Below are positions 56,626-64,000 of a DNA stretch of 64,000 bases, piece by piece (position 1 is the first letter of the stretch; the number at the start of each line of letters is the position of its first letter). Under the pieces are notes generated by a model, which was not told the DNA's origin, searched no databases, and saw only the letters and a program-made list of their open reading frames with translations. Both the position numbers and the translations under genes were made by a program. The DNA is from a virus (taxonomy: Duplodnaviria > Caudoviricetes), in the IMG/VR virus record IMGVR_UViG_3300028410_000746. One strand, given 5' to 3'.

Positions 56626-57450
56626 CTATTTGTCGTCAGCCTTCCCCGATTTTCCCAGACGAACGCGGAGCTTTGATCCCCCTCTCTTCGACTTGGAGTC
56701 GTCAGCGGGGTCTGTCACCGCCCACGGGTTCGGTTGAATCACCTGGACGTTACCGGCAGGCTGGGGGGACTTGGCGTGTGTCCCCGGTGCCCCTGGGAGA
56801 ATGATACCGCTCTTTGGAGCTGGGGTGTTGTAGGTCGACGCCGCGCCGAGTCTCTTGGACGCATCCCCTTCTAGTACAGGCGCGCTCGCGGGCGCGGGCT
56901 CGTGTGCGCGCTCGCGGGCGGGTGCAGGCTCACGGGCGGGCTCGTGCGCGGGTGTGGGCTCGTGCGCAGGCTCGTGCGCAGGCTCGGGCGCGTGTGCGGG
57001 CGAGTCTCCCTTGAGCAGCGACACCGCGCGCTCTAGCTTTTCGGGGGACTCAGTACGCGTGTCCAGCATTCCGTGGTGTACCCGACGGTCCGCAGCAGGT
57101 GTGGAGGTGTCGAGTACCGCTGCATCCCCCTCGACCGTGATCGGGGAGAGCGACCAGTCGGACACTTGCGCGACGCTCTGCTTGAAAGACTTGAAATCCT
57201 GAGAGGAGAGCGTCGCGAACAGCGGATCATCAGATGCCAGGAAGGTCGGACTGTTGAGGCCCTCAAGCTGGCGCTTCATCCTCCGTGTCCACGAGAGGCC
57301 GTGGTACGACGACCGGTGACACTCCGGGTTGAGGCATCGGTTGCAAAAGGCCTGCTCGAATTGTTCGATCGTCGCCTGCACGCCCGTGTCCTGAAGACAC
57401 TCGCGTACGAAATCACCCTTGGTGTCACTCGACATACCCACACCTCGCAT
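56626..57450 (-). CDS. Hypothetical protein with CxxC motif and PAHE repeats
   Basis: FCNRCLNPEC; imperfect 12-nt repeats at ~56885-57000. Confidence 0.65.
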   Translation of the reverse strand: MRGVGMSSDTKGDFVRECLQDTGVQATIEQFEQAFCNRCLNPECHRSSYHGLSWTRRMKRQLEGLNSPTFLASDDPLFATLSSQDFKSFKQSVAQVSDWSLSPITVEGDAAVLDTSTPAADRRVHHGMLDTRTESPEKLERAVSLLKGDSPAHAPEPAHEPAHEPTPAHEPAREPAPARERAHEPAPASAPVLEGDASKRLGAASTYNTPAPKSGIILPGAPGTHAKSPQPAGNVQVIQPNPWAVTDPADDSKSKRGGSKLRVRLGKSGKADDK

Positions 57451-57477
57451 AGTCCTCTTACCCCTCCTACAAGAGGA

Positions 57478-60400
57478 TTAGGGCGTTCGGATCTCGCCTC
57501 GGAGCCCCAGGAAGTCTGCGAGCAGTCGGACCGCCTCCGTCTCGACACCCCACCCCACGTCCTCCGAGACGAGCACCTCGCCGTCCCAGCTCTCCAGTCT
57601 CAGGGTCTGGTTGGCGATCTCTCGGGTGGCACAGAAGTCCCGGATCTGTCGGAAGACCATGACCGAGTGCATCGAACCTCGCTCGTCCAGGGGGGCCAGC
57701 GGATTGCCGTGGAGTCGGTACGTCAAGATGGGACCCCCAAGGTACTTGCTCGTCTTGTTCTGGTAGCTCATGTATGCGTCTCCAAAGTCGCAGATGTCGT
57801 CCTTAACGAGGACCTCGGCGCCCGTCTCCTCATCTACCGCGAGGAGACCCCTCGGCAGGACCTCCTCTCCTTGCTCGTTGATATACCACATCCCCGGCTC
57901 GAACTCGATGTGGCGCCAGAGGGACTCGGGCACCGGCTCCGGCGCGCGTACGGACGGGTTGTAGGGGTGGAACTCGGACCAGTTATAGCACACGTCAAAA
58001 GTCGGCCCAAGCTCAATATCACAGCGCAAGGGCACCGGCCACTTGAGCGCTCGCCCGAGGTCGGTCATCTTCTCGACGATCACCGGCACCAGCTCGTCGA
58101 GCTTGTCCTTGCGCATCTCGAAGACAAGCTCATCGTGAATGCAGATCATGAGGCGGCAGTCGTCGAGCTTGTCGTTCGCTTTGAGCCAGTCAAAGATCCT
58201 CCACATGCCGTACTTGGTCAGGTCTCCCGTCGCGCTGCCCTGGATGATGCCGTTGACCGCGTTACGCTGCGCCTTGGCCGAGATCCAGGAGTCGTGGTTG
58301 TCAATGTCTGGCAGGCGGATGCGACGCCCGACCGCCGTTTTGACTTGCTTGTTTTGTGCGCACTCCTTGTGAATGTCGCTGATCCAGGCTCGCAACTTCG
58401 GGAGCCCACTGAGCATCTTCTCCTTGATCTCTGCGCCTTCATCACGGGACACGCCCGTCGCGCGCGCCACCGCTGACCCGCCGCCTCCGTAGAGGACCGA
58501 GAAGTTGGCGCCCTTGGAGTTCTGGCGGTACTTCTTGAAGTCAGGCTTGCGCAGGACCTCATCCCCATACACGATCTGGGTCGTGAGCGTGTGCAGGTCA
58601 CCGATCTTGTCGCTGCCGCACTTGGGACACAGCGCCGGGGGAGTCCCCACCGGCGTGCTGTAGCGCTCATCGTTGAACTCGTGCTTACACGTCGAGCAGC
58701 GGAAGAACTCGTTGATCCAACGCGGCTCCCCGGACAGGTTCGCCGCGAGACGAAGCTCGACGCCGCTCTGGTCGATTGCGACGATCACAAACCCAGGGCG
58801 CGCCTTGATGGCGGGACGCACTGAGGAGTCCAGGCTCAACATCTTCGTGTTCGGCTTGGCGATGCCCTCCTCGTTCACGAAGGGCTCATCCTCGTACGTA
58901 CAGGACTCCTGGAAGGGGCAACCCTCACACGACTTGGCGACGCATCGCTCTTCGTTCTTGTACGTATCGAGCACGAAGTGGTTGTCGTAGACGCGCGCCA
59001 GGAAGTCCACCCCTCGGAGCTTGTCAAAGCTCTCGTACCAGACGGCATCCGGATTGCCCGGCCCCTTGGGGCGAGAGATGATGAGCTTGGATGCGAACTT
59101 GCCCCGGTTGTAGCACGCAGGCGCCGACTGCACGTTGATCCCCGAGTACCCGTGATCCCACTTGCCCTTGGACGCGGCGAAACGTCCCGTATCCACTCGG
59201 TGCGGGTTGAAGGAGAAGTGGGTGGATTCATCCTGGAGAACGTGCGACGGGTTGCGCGGCAGCGCGTCATTGCGGTAGCCGTCCGTGTTGGTCTGGAGCG
59301 GCCCAAGGTAGGTCGAGTCAACCTTCTGGAGACCGCGATAGGTCCGAATGAGCTTCAAGAAGGGGAAGGTGTCTCCGACCTTCTCGCACAAGGCCTCGAT
59401 CACATCGTCTGAGGTTTTTACCTGACCGGACTTCTCCGTCCGAACCAGTTCGGCCTTGATGAGCCCCTTGCCGTGGAGGTAGTCCATACCCGCTCCCAGC
59501 GTGGCGGGCTTGCTCACGTCGTTCACCGTCATGGGGAACCCAAAGCCGGAGAACCCCTGGGCGATCTGCTCGCACACCTCCTGAGTGTACTCCTGCACCT
59601 CGTAACGCACTCGGGAGAGGTAGTCCAGATCAATGTGAGGCCGGTTACGTTCCATCCACCGCGTCGCCGCGACGTTACCCCTCTCCAGACTGTAGACCCC
59701 CTTCTGCTCGGCGCGCACGCTCGGAGGCGACCCCTTCTCACAAGGCTCCAGGTCCACGACTCGGAGCTGTTTGGCCCCCTTTACGACCTTGCCGTGCTCA
59801 TCTCGGGGATACTCCAGCCGAGGCACCGCGTAGTGGGTATCAAACAGCACGTAGAGCTTGTAGGTGCAGATGGCGTCCGCGCCCGCGTACCACAGCGTAG
59901 CCATGTCAGACGGGTCCAGCGTGGAGAAGTTGTAGTCCTTCAGGCTCTCGTCGAACAGCTCCGGCAGCTCGATCATCTCCAGGCCGAGGTGGCGGGAGGA
60001 CAGACTCTTGAGGCCATGTCGCTTGCTGGACGAGTCGTGGAGGTAGCTCAGGATCAACGTGTCCTCGAAATCCTCGATGCCTCCCACCTCGTAACCGGCG
60101 CCTTCGAGGATCTCATGGTCAAAGAGCGTGTTGTGGAAGATGCACACGCAGACGTCGAGCAGGCGTTGGATGTGTGGGAAGACGACATCGGGCTCCAGGT
60201 TGTGCGACGCTCCTCCCTGGCGATGCCGCACAGGCACGTACACACCTTCGTGGCCATCGTAGCTCATGCAATACCCGACGATCTGGTCGACCGTCTCTCC
60301 GGAGGGCCTCCGGCGCGTATCGAGGCCCGTCGTCTCAATGTCCAACGCACACAGCTTCGAGGCGCACGCCCGGTCCACGTAGGCCTTGAGGGCTTCCTCC

Positions 60401-60504
60401 GTGTCGAGCAGCGTGAACTCGTGATCGTGCATCCACTCCTTGGGCTTGACCTCGACGACTTCGCGTAGCCCGAAGAACTCGTCCAGGCCCATCTGATCAC
60501 TCAT
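57478..60504 (-). CDS. polA: Family A DNA polymerase with a 3'-5' exonuclease domain
   Basis: ALDIETTGL, FHNTLFD, YAGADA; DQSGVELR (A), RQNSKGANFSVLYG (B), IHDELVFE (C). Confidence 0.97.
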   Translation of the reverse strand: MSDQMGLDEFFGLREVVEVKPKEWMHDHEFTLLDTEEALKAYVDRACASKLCALDIETTGLDTRRRPSGETVDQIVGYCMSYDGHEGVYVPVRHRQGGASHNLEPDVVFPHIQRLLDVCVCIFHNTLFDHEILEGAGYEVGGIEDFEDTLILSYLHDSSSKRHGLKSLSSRHLGLEMIELPELFDESLKDYNFSTLDPSDMATLWYAGADAICTYKLYVLFDTHYAVPRLEYPRDEHGKVVKGAKQLRVVDLEPCEKGSPPSVRAEQKGVYSLERGNVAATRWMERNRPHIDLDYLSRVRYEVQEYTQEVCEQIAQGFSGFGFPMTVNDVSKPATLGAGMDYLHGKGLIKAELVRTEKSGQVKTSDDVIEALCEKVGDTFPFLKLIRTYRGLQKVDSTYLGPLQTNTDGYRNDALPRNPSHVLQDESTHFSFNPHRVDTGRFAASKGKWDHGYSGINVQSAPACYNRGKFASKLIISRPKGPGNPDAVWYESFDKLRGVDFLARVYDNHFVLDTYKNEERCVAKSCEGCPFQESCTYEDEPFVNEEGIAKPNTKMLSLDSSVRPAIKARPGFVIVAIDQSGVELRLAANLSGEPRWINEFFRCSTCKHEFNDERYSTPVGTPPALCPKCGSDKIGDLHTLTTQIVYGDEVLRKPDFKKYRQNSKGANFSVLYGGGGSAVARATGVSRDEGAEIKEKMLSGLPKLRAWISDIHKECAQNKQVKTAVGRRIRLPDIDNHDSWISAKAQRNAVNGIIQGSATGDLTKYGMWRIFDWLKANDKLDDCRLMICIHDELVFEMRKDKLDELVPVIVEKMTDLGRALKWPVPLRCDIELGPTFDVCYNWSEFHPYNPSVRAPEPVPESLWRHIEFEPGMWYINEQGEEVLPRGLLAVDEETGAEVLVKDDICDFGDAYMSYQNKTSKYLGGPILTYRLHGNPLAPLDERGSMHSVMVFRQIRDFCATREIANQTLRLESWDGEVLVSEDVGWGVETEAVRLLADFLGLRGEIRTP

Positions 60505-60522
60505 CGCATCTCTCCTTCGTAT

Positions 60523-60990
60523 TTACGTAAGCCAGCGGAACACCCAGATGTCTGAGCGCCACAGCTCCACGATTCGGTTCAAACATACCAACGCATCCTG
60601 AGCGCATTCGACCCCCACGTCGTAGCACGGAGGCTGATTCTTATGGTCCGCCACGCACTTGCGCGAGTCCCACGTTGGACACGTCGCGCGGTGTTGGCAG
60701 GGGTGGTACGCCTTGGGCAGTCGTCTCAAGCAGTTCTGAGGCGCAAGGGCTCCCGCGTCAATCAGGGGCCGCGCGTAGTTCTGTCTCAAGCTGAGGTAGT
60801 CATGATGCCCCAGTTCCGGAATCAGGTCTACCATCTCTTCCAGGCCTCCGGGATCTTTCGCGCTCCGAGCCTCAAGCTCCAGGCGCAACGGCTCCCACTC
60901 AGGCTCCCACGTCCCGTCTTCCATCGTCTGAATGCCGTAGACCTTGATGGAGCCCCATCCCGGATGCGCGGCGGTAAATTGTGTCGGCAT
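60523..60990 (-). CDS. Cys-containing hypothetical protein in the replication operon
   Basis: 155-aa ORF between primase-like and polymerase genes. Confidence 0.65.
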   Translation of the reverse strand: MPTQFTAAHPGWGSIKVYGIQTMEDGTWEPEWEPLRLELEARSAKDPGGLEEMVDLIPELGHHDYLSLRQNYARPLIDAGALAPQNCLRRLPKAYHPCQHRATCPTWDSRKCVADHKNQPPCYDVGVECAQDALVCLNRIVELWRSDIWVFRWLT

Positions 60991-60999
60991 GTCGAGGTC

Positions 61000-61662
61000 C
61001 TACAGGTTGCGCACGACTTCCCAGACGCGCCCTACGAGCATCTTGGCCTTGTCGGGCGGGAGGGTGTCATGTTCAAGCGCGAAACGCGCCGTGTCGAGGG
61101 CATAGTACAGACGATTTGCCCTCTCCATCCCCACAGCCTCGGGCCGGACCTTGACGATGCGCGTCAGAACGCTCTCTACGGTCTCCACAGCCGTCTCAAC
61201 CGACGCCTTGAGGTTGGACCCGCCCTGAAGCCCTTGAGCGCCTCCAGCGGCCTGTGAGCCCCCAAGGGTCGGTGCCTTCTCTCCCTTGGACGGATCAAAG
61301 GAGAAGTCGGCTCTTGGGATGTTCTTGATGTGGAAGGATCGCTCGATGTGTGAGAGCCCCTTTCCAAAAGAGAGGCCTTCTTTGTCCTGGACCCACCTCA
61401 CGCAGTCTCGGGACTTGTGGCAAGCGAAGCAATAGGTGCCCCCAGAGCCGTTGTCGTTGTCCGGATACATGCGCGCCGAGTAGGAGTTGTCCTGTCCGTC
61501 TCCGTGCAGCGGGCACGGGAACTGGAACTCCCGGTCCACCGCTCGAACGTCGATGCCGTAGTGCGCCAGGACGCTGGCCACGGTCAACTGCCGCTTGATG
61601 TTGTCCACCCGGAGTCGCATGTACTCCTTGATGGCCGGATCGACTTCTCGGTTGATGGACAC
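61000..61662 (-). CDS. CHC2 zinc-finger primase-like protein
   Basis: FPCPLHGDGQDNSYSA...YCFAC. Confidence 0.85.
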   Translation of the reverse strand: MSINREVDPAIKEYMRLRVDNIKRQLTVASVLAHYGIDVRAVDREFQFPCPLHGDGQDNSYSARMYPDNDNGSGGTYCFACHKSRDCVRWVQDKEGLSFGKGLSHIERSFHIKNIPRADFSFDPSKGEKAPTLGGSQAAGGAQGLQGGSNLKASVETAVETVESVLTRIVKVRPEAVGMERANRLYYALDTARFALEHDTLPPDKAKMLVGRVWEVVRNL

Positions 61663-61665
61663 CTA

Positions 61666-64000
61666 TCACGCCTCCTCAGACTCGTCGGAAGCGTCCGGCA
61701 CGTCTTCGAGGCTCATGCGAGACGGCCTGGACGTACGGGCGTGGGTGCGACGCTCGGCCTGCGCCTCTTCTCGCTCGCGTTGAGTGGTCTCCACGCGCGC
61801 CGTATCAGCGGCCATGATGTTCTCGATCTCATCGTCGGTGGCCGCGTTGAGCAAGGACGCGTGGTTGCCAAAGTCAACCTCGTTGGCCATGTACCGCGTG
61901 TCCCAGTCAATCAGCGCCGTGAACGGCAGGAAGTGAGGGTTGTCTCGATTCTTCAGACAGCCAAACTTCGTACGCCCGCGCGCGCGCAGCTCCGCGTTGA
62001 GGTAGGTCGTCGTGATCACGTCCGAGGACCTCTCCGCCTCGTTTGCGTCGGCCAGCGCCTGCGTGCGGTACACGCCATCGCTCTTGTCTGCGTCGAGCTT
62101 ACCCTGGCGGTTGATCTGGAGCAGCCCCAGGACGCCCACGCGCTCTCCCTGGTTGAACGTCAGGGCCAGCCTCTTGGCATCCCTCAGGATGGAGTTGAGG
62201 TCGGTGTAGTAGTTGCCCGAGAACTCGGCCGGCTTCAGGAGCGCGAAGTGGTCGATCACGCACATGTGAATGGGCGTCTGTGCGTGTCGCATCTCCATGG
62301 CCTGCTTGAGCTTGGGGATCGTCATGTCCTCGTCCGGGGAGTGCACGTAGACTGACCCGTAGCTGTGGCCCCGGTTCGCTTCGATGTCGTCGATGATGTG
62401 GTCGTAGAATGCGATCTGCTCCGCCGTGATCGGATTGCCCGCCTCGTCCTCGCCATCACGGATCACCCGGTACGTGAGCTTGGGCCACCCCTGACCCTGA
62501 AACTTCGGGTGGTTGGAGTGCATCACGTACATGATGCGCTGGAGGTGCTCGACCGACATCTCCATTGACAGGTAATAGACGTTGTACTGGAGGAGGAAGG
62601 CGGCGCGGTAAATCCAGTTGAGCGCGAACGACGTGTTGTGGGTGATGATGTCGTTGACCACGAAGCTGTGGTGCTCGGGCACGCTCAGATCATAGGTCAT
62701 TTCCACGCCCTTGGGGGTGATGGACTCGATCTGCTCCCAGGCTACCTCACCCCCCAGATGGCGCTCCAACTCCGGCTTGAGTGTCGTAAATAACGCCAAG
62801 GAATCCGCAGTCAAGCCCGCCCTTTTGCGTGCCTGACCGACATAACGCCAGGAACCTGTATCAGTGGCGACTCTATGGTTGTCTTCCAACCCCGCAAGTA
62901 GCTCACTGGGGAACACCCGGTCATCCCCACAAGGCAAACGATTCGCCAGTACCTCGAAACGCTCACGCTTCCCCGGCACGACCACCTGAGCACAGAACTG
63001 CTGCTTACCCGGCCGGGTAATCACTCGCACGGTGTAGAAAAGGTACGGCTCGTCTTTATAGGTAGTCGCAACAGGGCGCACCGTAGACGGAATGCCCAGA
63101 CGCAACAGCAAACCCTGGACTCCCACGGCCAACTTCCGGCTCACCGATGTGTAAGTGATGTCGTTGCGACGGCTATCGGAGGTTCGGTCAGGGCGTTCAT
63201 GATCACCGGTGTGGCAGGACCCGTCAGTAGCCCAGAGAGCGCCCAACAGGAGCGCAATCTGCGTATCGGGGAGACCAAACAGTTCCCCAGGGATGAACTT
63301 TTCATGTGAGCCTACCTGCCACAACCCAAGAGACCGCAAACGCGCCGCAAGAGGCGACACCATCTCCGAATTCCCGAGCCCCAAGCTCCGGCTCACTCGC
63401 AGGAATGGCGCCCGGTCCGAGGTCTCCTCCCGACACCAATTGAGGGTCTCATAAGTGGCAGGACCCTCCTGGTAACCCAGCACCTCCAAACAAGCGATGA
63501 ACACGTCTTGCACTTCTGTACAGGTCGCAGTCAAGCCAAACGTTGACTTGCCCAGAGTCCCATCCCCCAGGAGCAAACCGATTGCCTGCACTTCCGCGTC
63601 GGAGAAGTCCGTGCGGGGCTGAGGCACTTTCATCACAGACGGTACACCTACCCAAGTACCTTCGGACAGCTCTCCAACTTCACGCCACGAGCCGCCACCC
63701 TCCGCAGTCCACAGAGGGTGATTTGCAGTAAGCGTAACGGTACGCCCCGAGGAGGTTCGCACCTCAAAAACCTCGCGCTCCCCATTCTCTACGAGATGCG
63801 AGGCCTGCGCCTGTACCAACAACGGCTCGGCGCCTTCGTGTTTGAGGGCCGTGACTACAGGGAGTGCGTTGTGGTTATAGAGGTCTCGCACGCTCTCCAG
63901 CTTTTTGGTGTCGTGGTTGAAGACTAACGTATCCCCTGCCATGCACTTCAGCTCTCCGGTTGAGGCGGCGTGGGTCCACATCTCACCCGGCTTGAGTCCT
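61666..64000 (-). CDS. dnaB: DnaB-like replicative helicase (runs off right edge) with an intein
   Basis: GLKPGEMWTHAASTGELK|TSFALNW; YYLSMEM; CVIDHFALL; LLQINR; ANEAERSSDVI; LKNRD. Confidence 0.9.
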   Translation of the reverse strand, partial: GLKPGEMWTHAASTGELKCMAGDTLVFNHDTKKLESVRDLYNHNALPVVTALKHEGAEPLLVQAQASHLVENGEREVFEVRTSSGRTVTLTANHPLWTAEGGGSWREVGELSEGTWVGVPSVMKVPQPRTDFSDAEVQAIGLLLGDGTLGKSTFGLTATCTEVQDVFIACLEVLGYQEGPATYETLNWCREETSDRAPFLRVSRSLGLGNSEMVSPLAARLRSLGLWQVGSHEKFIPGELFGLPDTQIALLLGALWATDGSCHTGDHERPDRTSDSRRNDITYTSVSRKLAVGVQGLLLRLGIPSTVRPVATTYKDEPYLFYTVRVITRPGKQQFCAQVVVPGKRERFEVLANRLPCGDDRVFPSELLAGLEDNHRVATDTGSWRYVGQARKRAGLTADSLALFTTLKPELERHLGGEVAWEQIESITPKGVEMTYDLSVPEHHSFVVNDIITHNTSFALNWIYRAAFLLQYNVYYLSMEMSVEHLQRIMYVMHSNHPKFQGQGWPKLTYRVIRDGEDEAGNPITAEQIAFYDHIIDDIEANRGHSYGSVYVHSPDEDMTIPKLKQAMEMRHAQTPIHMCVIDHFALLKPAEFSGNYYTDLNSILRDAKRLALTFNQGERVGVLGLLQINRQGKLDADKSDGVYRTQALADANEAERSSDVITTTYLNAELRARGRTKFGCLKNRDNPHFLPFTALIDWDTRYMANEVDFGNHASLLNAATDDEIENIMAADTARVETTQREREEAQAERRTHARTSRPSRMSLEDVPDASDESEEA
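62635..63945 (-). mobile_element. Intein (437 aa) with a LAGLIDADG-type homing endonuclease, in the helicase P-loop
   Basis: Starts C(MAGDT); VFEVRTSSG...TANHP; LLLGDG and LWATDG; TYDLSV...HN followed by T. Confidence 0.93.

Noticed and set aside
56885-57000. Imperfect 12-nt tandem repeats
   Set aside because: In-frame, encoding a PAHE low-complexity linker; no spacers, so not CRISPR.
1-64000. tRNA, rRNA, integrase, transposase, cas1, cas2 or cas4 genes
   Set aside because: None recognised by eye in this window; tRNAscan-SE and HMM searches are needed to exclude them.

Overview
This is a 64 kb, GC-rich slice of what looks like a large (jumbo-type) tailed phage genome. It has contractile-tail/baseplate genes (hub-like, gp5/VgrG-like spike, gp25-like, baseplate J, a 2277-aa structural protein), replication genes (family A DNA polymerase, CHC2 primase-like protein, DnaB helicase with an intein) and auxiliary genes (IF-1, PhoH, SspB, thioredoxin, PPP phosphatase, SLOG, zeta-like kinase, a Ycf46-like AAA module). 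Accessory islands between these genes start at a repeated TTTACR-N17-TATA promoter cassette. The standout is a 15 kb island inside the baseplate module carrying a rearranged type I-E CRISPR-Cas system: cas3, cas7, cas6e, cas5e and a cas8e-cas11 fusion, with no cas1/cas2 in the window. It has three arrays (21 spacers) belonging to two repeat/leader families, two solitary repeat units (one 20 kb away behind an 83%-identical leader copy), a repeat-derived hairpin in the cas7-cas6e intergenic region, a likely internal start for free Cas11, and separate promoters overlapped by inverted repeats. Several accessory ORFs are broken at short tandem repeats while all large core genes are intact. I recognised no tRNA or rRNA. 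All protein assignments come from motifs read by eye; no database searches were run.
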